From: Leptolyngbyaceae cyanobacterium
Lineage (GTDB): Bacteria > Cyanobacteriota > Cyanobacteriia > Phormidesmidales > Phormidesmidaceae
Reading direction: 5' to 3'
Assembly (NCBI GenBank): GCA_965263355.1
Contig: CBDHHL010000032.1
Span: 3,871,140-3,935,139, forward strand
DNA: 64,000 bases
Below the pieces are notes generated by a model, which had not been told where the DNA came from, did no database searches, and saw nothing but the letters and a program-made list of their open reading frames with translations. Positions 1 through 9,912 of this stretch are shown piece after piece (position 1 is the stretch's first letter; each line of letters opens with the position of its first letter). Made by a program: the position numbers and the translations under genes.

Positions 1-404
1 ATTACCTGCTCCAGCATGGTTCTTGGCACCTCAACGCCCTGGCCTTTGCCCTTTTCCTGCATGAAAATAATACTGTCCACCTGCTTGAGTGATAGAAGCT
101 GAAACAGTAAGTGGGTACTTGGATGAGGTAAAGCCATCATCTGAGGATTATCGGCTGCGCTAGCTGCTGCTGATTCTAACGATGGGTATGCATAAATAAC
201 CGTCTTAGTTGCGTTTGGATCTTGCCGACCGCGAAGGGTGGTCATCACCCATCCCTGGCCTAGCGACTGGATGACATAGTACAGCTGCTTTGGCAGTTGG
301 CCCGCAATTTCCTTTAGTAAGGGCGCAACTAATAAGATAGCTTCGCCCGTTATCTGATCCGGAGCTTCATCAATCAAAGTTTGAATTTGTTTTTCGATAT
401 CCAT
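1..404 (-). CDS. Conserved cyanobacterial hypothetical protein, runs off the window edge
   Basis: Own translation from ATG at 404: MDIEKQIQTLIDEAPDQ...YYVIQSLGQGWVMTTL...KTVIYAYPS; open to position 1; divergent from hetZ. Confidence 0.75.
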   Translation of the reverse strand, partial: MDIEKQIQTLIDEAPDQITGEAILLVAPLLKEIAGQLPKQLYYVIQSLGQGWVMTTLRGRQDPNATKTVIYAYPSLESAAASAADNPQMMALPHPSTHLLFQLLSLKQVDSIIFMQEKGKGQGVEVPRTMLEQV

Positions 405-494
405 CCGATTTTTTTGATAGTTTCGTGAAAATTACTGACTTTTGTTAGAACGTGCGGAAAACTGTCTATGCTCAGGTGAGGTAATGCCTGAGAC

Positions 495-1664
495 GTGCTA
501 GCTGTAATGACCACGCTGCTAATGCTTGAGGAAACGTCTACAACACTTGTAGAAGCACTGAATAAAGAAGTTTTGCTGCTGCTTAAGCAAGCGACCAAAA
601 CCTCTGAAAGAAGCTGCCAGGCCGTTGCTAATCGCATCTGTAGCGAATCGCTACGTATTTGTACAGAAAGCCAACGCATTCAAGACTCTGGAGATGTAAA
701 AAGTTGGGCATTTAACCTCGCTCATCATCGGGTTGACCAGTGCATTCGCTATTACAAACTTAGCTCTGAACGGGGGCGAATCGAGCTGCATAGTACCCTC
801 AGTGCCATTATTTATCGATATATTTCAGTTCCCTACGCTCAGACTAGTTATCAGGCACGTCTTTCCCTGATTGAAGATTTTCTACAAAATTTTTATAGCG
901 AAGCCATTAATGCTTTTCGGCGGGAAAATCAGATGGCAGCTAACTTTCAACCCCGCACTGTCCTGGAACTGGCCGAATATATGGCGTTTACTGAGCGCTA
1001 TGGTAAACGTCGTATTCCCCTAAGACGAGGTCGGAGTCAGCAGCTGATTATTTTGCGTGCTCAAACCTTTTCTAAACAGCAGCCTCCAGAAACTGCGGTG
1101 GACATTGAGCAAGCCACTGAGGCAGCCAATGAAAACGACCAAGCGTGGAAAAATGCCCCCGTCCAGCGTCTGCGGGAAGAAATTTTGCTTCAGTCAGATA
1201 CTCAACCGGAGGATAATCTGCGGGAGCGCGTGGTGGATGAGCTGATGGTCTATCTCAAAGAGAAAAAGCAGGAGGACTGTGCTGACTACTTTAGTTTGCG
1301 GTTAATGGATTTACCCGCCAGTGAAATTGAGGCGCTACTAGGTCTGACATCCAGGGAGCGAGATTACCTGCAACAGCGATTTAAGTATCATTTGCTGCGT
1401 TTTGCCTTGACCCACCATTGGGAATTGGTGCACGAATGGCTCGGTATCGAGTTAGAAAAAAACTTGGGATTAACGCCTCAACAGTGGGATCACTTACAAG
1501 AAAAAATGGATCAAAGCCAGACAAAGCTATTGCAGCTTAAGCAACAGGGACTTTCTGATACCGACATATCCCAGACATTGGGCTTAAGCTTGACTCAAAT
1601 TAGAAAGCATTGGTCTAAACTTCTGGAACAAGCTTGGGAATTGCGTAATTTATCAGTTGGTTGA
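495..1664 (+). CDS. hetZ: HetZ-family regulator
   Basis: Motifs LAHHRVDQCIRYY..GRIELHSTLSAIIYRY and RERDYLQQRFKY, C-terminal HTH-like region; followed by a patU-like gene. Confidence 0.85.
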   Translation: MLAVMTTLLMLEETSTTLVEALNKEVLLLLKQATKTSERSCQAVANRICSESLRICTESQRIQDSGDVKSWAFNLAHHRVDQCIRYYKLSSERGRIELHSTLSAIIYRYISVPYAQTSYQARLSLIEDFLQNFYSEAINAFRRENQMAANFQPRTVLELAEYMAFTERYGKRRIPLRRGRSQQLIILRAQTFSKQQPPETAVDIEQATEAANENDQAWKNAPVQRLREEILLQSDTQPEDNLRERVVDELMVYLKEKKQEDCADYFSLRLMDLPASEIEALLGLTSRERDYLQQRFKYHLLRFALTHHWELVHEWLGIELEKNLGLTPQQWDHLQEKMDQSQTKLLQLKQQGLSDTDISQTLGLSLTQIRKHWSKLLEQAWELRNLSVG

Positions 1665-1756
1665 TGATCAGCCAGTGAAGTCTTTTGTGTGTGTTGCCAG
1701 CCGAGCTAAATTTTTTACACTCTCGGCTTTATTATCCGGATCAGGGACATTTATTC

Positions 1757-2755
1757 ATGAATAGTGAGTCAGAAAATTTGAAGCGTGTATTGCTAGAGTT
1801 TTTAACTTTTGACCGCTCGGCATCCTCTATATCAGGGAGTGAGCCTACCCCACCGACAGGATCCAACCCATCAGCAGTTTGTGCATCTGAAGTCGGGTCT
1901 GATGCTGGTTCAATTGATTATTTATTTGAAACGGGTCAGTCGTTTAACTTCGGAGATAAAACCACTGTGCAAGATCGTTTCCACACACTTTTAAAGCACC
2001 GATTCCAAACAGAGTTCGAAAATCGGCCCCCTCTGTTTCCTTGGGAAGCAGAAGTGCGTGAGTATCCGACTGAGATACCCATGCCTGCCTATGCCCAACC
2101 CATAAGCCGCCTGTGGCTTGAAAATCCACTTCGGTTCAGTATTTCAAGCAAGCTGCCTGAAACTGTTCTTCATCAGTTATTAGACCGTTGCCAAAGTATG
2201 GCTCAGTCTACGCAGAAACAAGGTGTAAAGCTTGTCAAAATTGTGGAGTCTATGTTTCCAGATTCCCTGGATGCATTGGAACCCATTGCTAATATTGTTT
2301 TAACTCCCGCCTTTCGGGATCCCACCCTCAAAGAAGCCACGCTGCAGGAGGTTGAAAACCTAGCAGGTGGATATGACCAGGCGACTCCAGAGCAGCAGAT
2401 TGCCTTGGCTATGTTGGCATCGATGGAAATTATGTCGGCTCTGGCATTAACGGTATCGACTGCTGAGCCTACGATTGGTCGTGATTGGGTAACTCCTCAG
2501 GGTGTGGTTCATGTGGATGTGAACTATACAGGCGCGGTGCTGATTATTAATGCCACTATGCCGGTAGGCGGCATGATTCAACTGGTAGGCGCTGATGCTG
2601 ATAGCCGGTCATCTCGCCCTGAAGCAGGCTTGCTAACCTTGGCGCAAACGGCTCCAGTGATTGGTGCTTCATATTCTTTGGAAGTTTCTTTAGACGATGA
2701 TTGTCAACGACCTTTGCGCTTTTCAGTCATGGTCGTAGAGGCATCAGCGAGTTAA
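1757..2755 (+). CDS. patU: PatU-family protein, single ORF (ATG at 1757 preferred)
   Basis: VQDRFHTLLKHRFQ..RPPLFPWE motif; directly downstream of hetZ. Confidence 0.75.
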   Translation: MNSESENLKRVLLEFLTFDRSASSISGSEPTPPTGSNPSAVCASEVGSDAGSIDYLFETGQSFNFGDKTTVQDRFHTLLKHRFQTEFENRPPLFPWEAEVREYPTEIPMPAYAQPISRLWLENPLRFSISSKLPETVLHQLLDRCQSMAQSTQKQGVKLVKIVESMFPDSLDALEPIANIVLTPAFRDPTLKEATLQEVENLAGGYDQATPEQQIALAMLASMEIMSALALTVSTAEPTIGRDWVTPQGVVHVDVNYTGAVLIINATMPVGGMIQLVGADADSRSSRPEAGLLTLAQTAPVIGASYSLEVSLDDDCQRPLRFSVMVVEASAS

Positions 2756-2785
2756 GCCCGCTAGGATAAGAAAACGCTGGCTAAT

Positions 2786-5089
2786 GTGTTTGTGCGTTTA
2801 CCTAATATGGCTGTTCCAAGTTCTACCTCCCATAATTCGCCTAAAGGTTTGAGATCACCATGGCGGCAGTGGCTTTCAGCCTTGCCGCCATCTGTGTCTG
2901 AAGACTCAATTATGTTGCGGGTTTTGGTGCAGTGTTTGGTAACGGTGGGGATTGGTAGCCTGAATGTTGCTGCCGCTGGGGTGACTGATACATCCATGGG
3001 GAATTTACTGGCCATTCCCCTTAGTGCTGTAGGTGCCTATTGGAGCTGGCGTAGCCGTCGTCGTCGTAATATTGCTGCTAAATTTTTGATTGCCTTGGGT
3101 ATGTTGGTTGCCCTGGCATTTTTTTTAGGGCGAATGCTTCGGATACCAGGGGATACCAGGATTGTACTGGCAGAACTGTTGATCCATTTGCAGGTGCTCC
3201 ACAGTTTTGACCTGCCTCGTCGTAAAGATCTGGGCTATTCCATGATGATTGGTTTGATTTTGGTGGGTGTAGCAGCCACTATCAGTCAAACCTTGGTGTT
3301 TGGTCCATTTTTACTGCTGTTTCTATTGCTGGCACTACCAGTTCTGGTTTTAGATTATCGCTCTCGATTAGGGTTATTGCACTGGCGGGGATTGGCAGTG
3401 GCGCTACCGTTGCGTCAGCTGGGGGGGATCATTGCCGCTGTGCTGGGGCTGGGGTTGATGATTTTTGTGGCGATGCCGCGGCTACCTGGTTATCAGCTAC
3501 AAACGTTTCCGGTGAGTGGCAGCATTGACGTGACTGGGGAAGTGAGTGAGCGCAAGATTTTTAACCCAGGTTATGTAAATCGCGGTGATGATAACCCTAG
3601 GGCAACAGATAATAACCCAGGTGATGGAGTTAGCCCTGAACGGGGTCCCGGTCGCATTAGTCCTGATTTTTACTATGGCTTTAACCGCAGAATTAACCAA
3701 AACTTGCGGGGAGAGCTAGAACCCAAAATCGTCATGCGAGTGCGATCGCAACGCGCTGGTTTTTGGCGTGTCATGGCGTTTGACAAGTACACTGGTCAAG
3801 GTTGGGAGGTATCTCGAAATGATAGCCTTGTCGATCTTAGACGTGAACCTCTGTCCTATCGGTTTTTGCCACCGCGTCTGCATCCCTTGGGACAAACCCA
3901 AGAGGTGGTTCAAACCTATACTATGGTGCAGGATTTCCAGAACCTGATTCCTGTACTGTATGCTCCAGAATCAGTTTATTTTCCAGCCGATGAGCTGGCG
4001 ATGGATCCGGAAGGAGCCATGCGTCCCTCGGGTTTGTTGCCAGAAGGGCTTACCTATACGGTGGTTTCTAGAGTCCCCGTACGGGATCTGGCACAGCTTA
4101 ACCAAAGTACTACAGACTATAGCAAGTCGATTCGCCAGCACTATTTGCAGATACCCCCTGAGATTAGCGATCGCATTCGGATGGAGACCGAACGTTGGCT
4201 AGCCACAGCAGAGGAGCCCCTGACCACACCCTACGAAAAAGCCGACTTTTTAGCCCAAGTATTGCGGGATAATTACACCATTGATACAGACCTACCGTTC
4301 TTTGATGCAGACGAAGATCTAGTCAGTGCTTTTTTATTCAAATACAAAGGCGGCACCCGCGATCAGTTCTCTACAGTGTTAACGATGATGCTGCGGTCCA
4401 TTGGAATTCCGGCGCGTTTGTCAACAGGATTTGGTCCAGGGCAGTTTAACGCCTTTACTGGGTTTTATATTGTGCGTAATACCGATGCCTATGCCCTGAC
4501 CGAAGTATATTTTCCTGACCAGGGTTGGTTTTATTTCAATCCCATTCCCAATACCCTGCTGTTTTCACCTGACGATAGTGGTGCGCATCCCTTTGCCGTA
4601 CTACGACAGCTGTGGCGCATATTTGTCGGGGTTTTACCAGCCCCTGTTGCCCAATTTTTGCAACGCGGTTTTCAATGGTTGATGGTAGTGATTGGGATGG
4701 TACTGAGCTTGCTGACCCGCCTAAACGGTCAGGGGTGGCTAAGTCTTTTATGGTGGGCTGTAGGGTTGACAGGGTTAGGGTTCTTGGGTTGGTTAATTGT
4801 CCAGGGTTGGCGACGTTGGCAACGTCAACTGAGACTTAACCGTCTTGATCCAGTGGAACAAATTTACCAACAAATGTTGTGGGTGCTTGCCCAGCAAGGC
4901 TATGGCAAACGGGCCAGTCAAACCCCGTTGGAATATGCGGCAGAATTACAGCAGCACTCAGATTTTCGTCAGGGTAATTTGGTCCGCCAGATGGTTGATC
5001 GCTATGTGGGTTGGCGCTATGGCAACCAATCGTTAAACGTAGATGGATTGCAAGGAGATTTACAAACCTTGAAGCGCTCTGGGCGCTAG
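2786..5089 (+). CDS. DUF3488/transglutaminase-like/DUF4129 membrane protein (TgpA-like)
   Basis: Multi-TM N-terminus, FWRVMAFDKYTGQGW, MLRSIGIPARL core, C-terminal SQTPLEYA. Confidence 0.85.
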   Translation: MFVRLPNMAVPSSTSHNSPKGLRSPWRQWLSALPPSVSEDSIMLRVLVQCLVTVGIGSLNVAAAGVTDTSMGNLLAIPLSAVGAYWSWRSRRRRNIAAKFLIALGMLVALAFFLGRMLRIPGDTRIVLAELLIHLQVLHSFDLPRRKDLGYSMMIGLILVGVAATISQTLVFGPFLLLFLLLALPVLVLDYRSRLGLLHWRGLAVALPLRQLGGIIAAVLGLGLMIFVAMPRLPGYQLQTFPVSGSIDVTGEVSERKIFNPGYVNRGDDNPRATDNNPGDGVSPERGPGRISPDFYYGFNRRINQNLRGELEPKIVMRVRSQRAGFWRVMAFDKYTGQGWEVSRNDSLVDLRREPLSYRFLPPRLHPLGQTQEVVQTYTMVQDFQNLIPVLYAPESVYFPADELAMDPEGAMRPSGLLPEGLTYTVVSRVPVRDLAQLNQSTTDYSKSIRQHYLQIPPEISDRIRMETERWLATAEEPLTTPYEKADFLAQVLRDNYTIDTDLPFFDADEDLVSAFLFKYKGGTRDQFSTVLTMMLRSIGIPARLSTGFGPGQFNAFTGFYIVRNTDAYALTEVYFPDQGWFYFNPIPNTLLFSPDDSGAHPFAVLRQLWRIFVGVLPAPVAQFLQRGFQWLMVVIGMVLSLLTRLNGQGWLSLLWWAVGLTGLGFLGWLIVQGWRRWQRQLRLNRLDPVEQIYQQMLWVLAQQGYGKRASQTPLEYAAELQQHSDFRQGNLVRQMVDRYVGWRYGNQSLNVDGLQGDLQTLKRSGR

Positions 5090-5441
5090 CACTCTGGTGG
5101 TTGTTTCTACCCGCAATTTCATTAGCTTTTTGGACAGCCTTAATAATAGTCATCCGTTAGGGCGAGGTATCTGTCAATAAACGTAGCCAGCTAGGATGCT
5201 GAAAAAAACTGTTGACATCTATCAATGCTCCTAACGGTTAATACCATTATGATTGCCTACAATCACGTTAGTGATATCAACCTTGTCCACCTCCAGAACT
5301 GTAGTTTTGCCGTCAAGGAAACTCCAGGTTTCAAATTGGACTTGGTTCAACATCTGTCAGGTTAGTTAGGACGGTGGGTATTCCTAAAATCCTTGATGTA
5401 CCAAGCTAACCTGACCCGTAATCGGCGAATTTATCCGTTGA

Positions 5442-6758
5442 TTGCTACAAACGCGACATAAAAGAGGTCAGCTCGTGGTCAGTCTAAAACAGCTTGTTAA
5501 AAATCCCCTCAAAGTATTTGGCAATGGTTTGAAACCTTCCCAGGCATTTCAAACAGACGTTTTTGATAGTCATGTGATGACTACCTATGGGCGTTTTCCT
5601 TTGGCCCTGACCCGAGGAGTAGGCTGTCGTGTATGGGATGACAAGGGCAGTGAGTATCTGGATTTTGTCGCTGGCATTGCTACCTGTACATTAGGCCATG
5701 CCCATCCGGTCATGGTGGAGGCAGTGACCCAGCAGATTCAAACGCTGCACCATGTTTCCAATCTGTATTACATTCCAGAACAGGGAGCCCTGGCCCAATG
5801 GCTGACAAGCCATTCCTGTGCAGACCGAGTATTTTTCTGTAATTCGGGGGCGGAGGCGAACGAAGCAGCGATTAAACTTGCGCGCAAGTATGGTCACACT
5901 CAACTGGGTATCGAGGAACCTGTTATTATCACTGCTAATGAAAGTTTCCATGGGCGTACTCTAGCAACCATTACAGCCACTGGTCAGCCTAAGTACCAAA
6001 AGAACTTTGCGCCACTGGTGCCTGGGTTCCACTACGTACCATTTAACGATAGCGAGGCATTGGAAAGTGCGATCGCATCCTTGAATGCCAGTGGTCCCAA
6101 GGTTACGGCTATCCTGTTAGAAGCTCTGCAGGGAGAAGGTGGCGTAAACCCTGGCAATATTCAGTATTTCCATCGGGTGCGAGAGCTGTGTGACCAACAC
6201 AAGATTTTATTGATCCTGGACGAGGTACAAGTAGGCATAGGCCGTACGGGCAAACTCTGGGGTTATGAAAACCTCGAGATTGAACCTGATGTCATCACTG
6301 TCGCCAAAGGCTTGGGGGGTGGAGTTCCCATTGGCGCTATGCTCTGCAAATCCAGCTTTGATGTGTTTCAACCGGGTGATCATGCCAGCACCTATGGAGG
6401 GAATCCATTTGTATGTGGTGTGGCGCTTGCCGTTTGCCAGACCTTAGAGTCAGAGAATCTGATGGCCAATGCTAGTGCCAGGGGGCAGCAATTACGTCAG
6501 GGCCTCCTGCAATTAGTCGATACCTATCCCAATTTATTTGAGCAAGTGAGAGGCTGGGGATTGATCAATGGTCTTGTAATCAAGATAGAGGCACCGTTAA
6601 AATCCCTTGACATTGTTAAAGCAGCTATGGCTAAAGGATTACTATTGGTACCGGCAGGTCCCAATGTAGTTAGATTTGTCCCACCTTTAGTGGTAACCAC
6701 ATCGGATATTGACGAAGCCCTTGAGAAGCTCTCAGCTGCCATCAAAAATGTAATTTAG
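5442..6758 (+). CDS. argD: Acetylornithine aminotransferase (start may be GTG near 5475)
   Basis: FFCNSGAEANEAAIK, SFHGRT, DEVQVGIGRTG, AKGLGGG, HASTYGGNP. Confidence 0.93.
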   Translation: MLQTRHKRGQLVVSLKQLVKNPLKVFGNGLKPSQAFQTDVFDSHVMTTYGRFPLALTRGVGCRVWDDKGSEYLDFVAGIATCTLGHAHPVMVEAVTQQIQTLHHVSNLYYIPEQGALAQWLTSHSCADRVFFCNSGAEANEAAIKLARKYGHTQLGIEEPVIITANESFHGRTLATITATGQPKYQKNFAPLVPGFHYVPFNDSEALESAIASLNASGPKVTAILLEALQGEGGVNPGNIQYFHRVRELCDQHKILLILDEVQVGIGRTGKLWGYENLEIEPDVITVAKGLGGGVPIGAMLCKSSFDVFQPGDHASTYGGNPFVCGVALAVCQTLESENLMANASARGQQLRQGLLQLVDTYPNLFEQVRGWGLINGLVIKIEAPLKSLDIVKAAMAKGLLLVPAGPNVVRFVPPLVVTTSDIDEALEKLSAAIKNVI

Positions 6759-6782
6759 AACACAAATAATCATAACTAAAAG

Positions 6783-6818
6783 ATGGGTTTGTATTCTCTT
6801 TAAAGAATATGAGCCCAT
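6783..6818 (+). terminator. Stem-loop downstream of argD
   Basis: ATGGGTTTGTATTCT-loop-AGAATATGAGCCCAT, with G-U pairs. Confidence 0.55.
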
Positions 6819-6836
6819 TCTTACTATAATCAATGA

Positions 6837-6967
6837 TACGGAATCTTGATTACTAGTCCCCGATATCGTGTGATTACTAGCTCCTGATGTCGTGAGGGCA
6901 ATCACACGGGATTGTCTCTGTAGGCTGATGCCTCTTAATAGGGTTTAAGAAATCAGGATTGGGTATA
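6837..6967. repeat. REP-like dispersed repeat, copy 1
   Basis: GAGGGCAATC..GATTGTCTCT hairpin core, ends GGATTGGGTAT; similar to 8253-8356. Confidence 0.6.
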
Positions 6968-7122
6968 CTCATGGCATTGTTATTGTCCTATAAAACGAAT
7001 TTATTTGATTGGTAATCCCTAAAGGTTCCCTAAAAATACGACAAATTACGTATATTTACTATTTTATGTTGTGATTATTTGTCAATTCCCAGCATTCCTA
7101 ATGAGGACTATACTATTAGGCA

Positions 7123-8187
7123 GTGTATCGCCGAGCTTGTACGCAGGTAAGTTATTGGAATAGATCTTCAATGTCATCTCCCATTATTCTTGTTGGGCTC
7201 CCTCGTAGTGGTTCAACGCTAGTATCCCGGATATTAAACGAGAGTCTCAATTGTTTCGTTATTAACGATTTTTACTATCTTCAATATGTTGAAAGCGTTA
7301 ATGGTTATACCAAGTCTGATCAGCATACTAAAGCACTCTTAGTTGATTTCATTGTCAGTCAGGTTAGAAACCGCACAAAACCAGAGGATTTAGACGATGA
7401 AGTTTGGTTTGGGCTTCCTTTCTCAGAGATAGAATTACAAAAAATTAGTGCCTTCGCAGATGCTTATAAGGCAAATGGCGAGACTAAAACATGGGCGCAA
7501 ATTTTGCAAGATATTATGGAGTTTTTAGCTGAATTAGCTAATAAACCAATTTGGGGATACAATACACCGCAAGATTATTTGAACTTTAATGTTATTTCTG
7601 ATGCATTTTTAGATGCTAAATTTATTTTTCTTCTGCGCTCACCCCTAGCAACATTACTGTCATATAAGTATTACTGGACAACCGCTCCTAAGTTCCACAA
7701 TGATAGGGGCCGTTATCATCCTGTTGTTCAGTCCTTGGCCTGGAAGACTTGTGTTAATACCTACTTTGATCTTAGGCAAGAACATGGTCAATCCTGTTGT
7801 ATGCTGATTAAATTTGAGGAAGTACTTAATAATACTGATAAGGTTTTAGCTGATATTAATAATTTTGCAGGTATTGAGTTTCCTGAGATAGATCTTGCTG
7901 CCTTTGGTCATAATTCTTCGTTGAGTAAGAGTGGTAAAGAGAGTCAGCCAAAGAGAATTACGGGGCTTGAAGCCAAGATTTGCTACCTTTTGACTAGAAA
8001 AATGTTGCCTCAGCTAGGCTATGACGATTTCTCAAATCAAAAAGTGGGATTTGTAGATTTCTTCAATTTGTTAATGACTACGTTTAGAAACTCTGCTTAT
8101 TATTTTCGTCAGATTGTTTTTTCTCGAAATGTGCGCAAGAGAGTTTTTAAGTTTTTGAATCAGGTTACTTTCCAGACTGAACATTAG
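7123..8187 (+). CDS. Sulfotransferase family protein (likely start 7171)
   Basis: PAPS-binding GLPRSGST, LLRSP..SY, IKFEE. Confidence 0.85.
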   Translation: MYRRACTQVSYWNRSSMSSPIILVGLPRSGSTLVSRILNESLNCFVINDFYYLQYVESVNGYTKSDQHTKALLVDFIVSQVRNRTKPEDLDDEVWFGLPFSEIELQKISAFADAYKANGETKTWAQILQDIMEFLAELANKPIWGYNTPQDYLNFNVISDAFLDAKFIFLLRSPLATLLSYKYYWTTAPKFHNDRGRYHPVVQSLAWKTCVNTYFDLRQEHGQSCCMLIKFEEVLNNTDKVLADINNFAGIEFPEIDLAAFGHNSSLSKSGKESQPKRITGLEAKICYLLTRKMLPQLGYDDFSNQKVGFVDFFNLLMTTFRNSAYYFRQIVFSRNVRKRVFKFLNQVTFQTEH

Positions 8188-8214
8188 ATAATTGTTGACT
8201 TTGTATGGCTCTCA

Positions 8215-8253
8215 AAAAAGACCTGTAGAATTTTTTAATTCTATAGGTCTTTT
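8215..8253. terminator. Possible bidirectional terminator between convergent genes
   Basis: AAAAAGACCTGTAGAATT..AATTCTATAGGTCTTTT. Confidence 0.65.
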
Positions 8254-8356
8254 AGAAATCCTGGTTAGTAGCAGTCAATATCGCGGGGCATCCACAAGGG
8301 AGTGCCCCTGCAGGATTGCTCATTTTAATCGGGTTTAATGAATTCGGATTGGGTAT
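8253..8356. repeat. REP-like dispersed repeat, copy 2
   Basis: GGGGCATCC..GGAGTGCCCC core, ends GGATTGGGTAT. Confidence 0.6.
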
Positions 8357-8429
8357 TAGGCCGCAAAGGTTTTTGCTAATGTTATCCGAGTTAGGTTGAG
8401 GATCTTCAAATAGATTGACTGCTGGTAAA

Positions 8430-8456
8430 CTGCCTTAGTGAGGCTCACTAAGGCAG
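8430..8456 (-). terminator. Perfect inverted repeat downstream of the oxygenase gene
   Basis: CTGCCTTAGTGAG-G-CTCACTAAGGCAG. Confidence 0.55.
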
Positions 8457-8490
8457 CTTTGAGAGGCTTGTAGACTAAGTGATCTGATAG

Positions 8491-9393
8491 TTATCGCCAG
8501 CCAATCAATGCTTGTCTTTGTCGAGGGGACAGCATAGTTTGAATGGTTGACCAGGCATCATTTTCTTCGTAGGGGCACCATTTGCGGCATAGGGTGATGT
8601 TTTTTGGGGCCATGGATGTATAGGCCAGGGTCAGAGAATAGCGCTCTTTTTTAGGGACTGAAGCGTGGTGAAAAACGCTGACCGTATCTGCAATAACAAC
8701 CGTGCCTCGTGAGCCCAGGCATTGTTGCCATGCCTGGGGAGGAACTACTTGAGCCATGTCATGATCGCGGATAGTGTTTTTCACATGACGAAATTGCTTG
8801 TAAGAGGGTGTGTGCTTTTTAGGAATATACTCAAATGGTCCGCTATCTTCCCCAACATCGTTAAGGTAAATAATAACTTTAACGACTTTGTAGTCTTCAC
8901 CATCCTGATGCCATAGACGTACACCTACTTGTTTGTGGTTAGGGACTTCTCGACGTAACGCACATCCCAAGTAAGCCACAGGCTGCTGTAAATAGCTTTC
9001 GATCAAATTTAGCCATCGTGGCTGTAACCCCCATGTAAACAGATCGGGGTATGCCATAAGTTTAGGAGCATTGATACCTGTACTATGACTGGCTGCTGCA
9101 CGCTCTCCTTTGAATTCTACTGAGGAACCCTTGGGTAAACGCTTCAATGCAGAATCTGCTAGCGATAGCATTGTTGATGTGTCCAGTAATGCTAAATCGT
9201 TCAGTGTTGTTGTGCACACGCCTTCATGACGCAGCTGAGAGACTAGTAAACGATCCTGTGTGTTGAGTCTGTGACTTGGACGTAGCTGAAAACTTCGTAA
9301 GTGAAAATTAGCTTTTTTAGACGCTCTTGTCACAACATCGGGAACTTTTAAGAGCATATGTTGTCGCGGGTTAATGATATACAAACACACCAC
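8491..9393 (-). CDS. 2OG-Fe(II) oxygenase (PhyH-like)
   Basis: WHQD, IYLNDV..GPFEYI, distal His in FHHA and downstream Arg. Confidence 0.8.
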   Translation of the reverse strand: MVCLYIINPRQHMLLKVPDVVTRASKKANFHLRSFQLRPSHRLNTQDRLLVSQLRHEGVCTTTLNDLALLDTSTMLSLADSALKRLPKGSSVEFKGERAAASHSTGINAPKLMAYPDLFTWGLQPRWLNLIESYLQQPVAYLGCALRREVPNHKQVGVRLWHQDGEDYKVVKVIIYLNDVGEDSGPFEYIPKKHTPSYKQFRHVKNTIRDHDMAQVVPPQAWQQCLGSRGTVVIADTVSVFHHASVPKKERYSLTLAYTSMAPKNITLCRKWCPYEENDAWSTIQTMLSPRQRQALIGWR

Positions 9394-9501
9394 CCTCTGA
9401 TCGCCTGAGCAGGAGATGAAAGTCCGTTTATAACTGTCTCCGAATGGGGAATAATAGGTGCTATCTGTATGAGAGATAAAAAATCTAGCTAAACTTGAAA
9501 C

Positions 9502-9658
9502 TAAGTAGGTGGTCCTAATTAGCTATCAAATATTGAGGTCCCTTTGCCCAGTTCTGGGGGAGACTGATTCGAAGCCCCAAATCTAGAGGCTTGGGAGTAA
9601 AATCTCGAAAGTTAAACAAGTTGTTCGCATTTTATAAAGAATTGAACTGACCCACTTA
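9502..9658. mobile_element. MITE-like element with TAAGTAGGT..CCCACTTA imperfect terminal inverted repeats
   Basis: Same end motifs and CCCAG..GGGG core as 45732-45861. Confidence 0.55.
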
Positions 9659-9832
9659 TACACCGAGAAAATAACCTGACAGTTTGTTGAATAGATGATG
9701 GCCTTGGACGGAACCTAGGAAGGTTTAGGGTGTTAGGACAAAAATGACACAGACTAGATAGATTCTCCTAGACCACCTGTGTTTTATTAACCTGAAAAAT
9801 ACAAATTGAAAATCTTTTGTTAAGGAGGTGTC

Positions 9833-9855
9833 AAAGCGCTGCTCAGCAGCGCTTT
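9833..9855 (-). terminator. Hairpin downstream of recF
   Basis: AAAGCGCTGCT-C-AGCAGCGCTTT. Confidence 0.55.
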
Positions 9856-9912
9856 TTGTAACTCAAAACTTCGTGTCTCTACGCACAAGTGCGTATCTTA
9901 TTTCAGCCAGGT

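Noticed and set aside
358..1740. TCCGGA (DIF1-like) hexamers near hetZ and patU
   Set aside because: A 6-mer is expected by chance and no well-spaced -10 element was confirmed.
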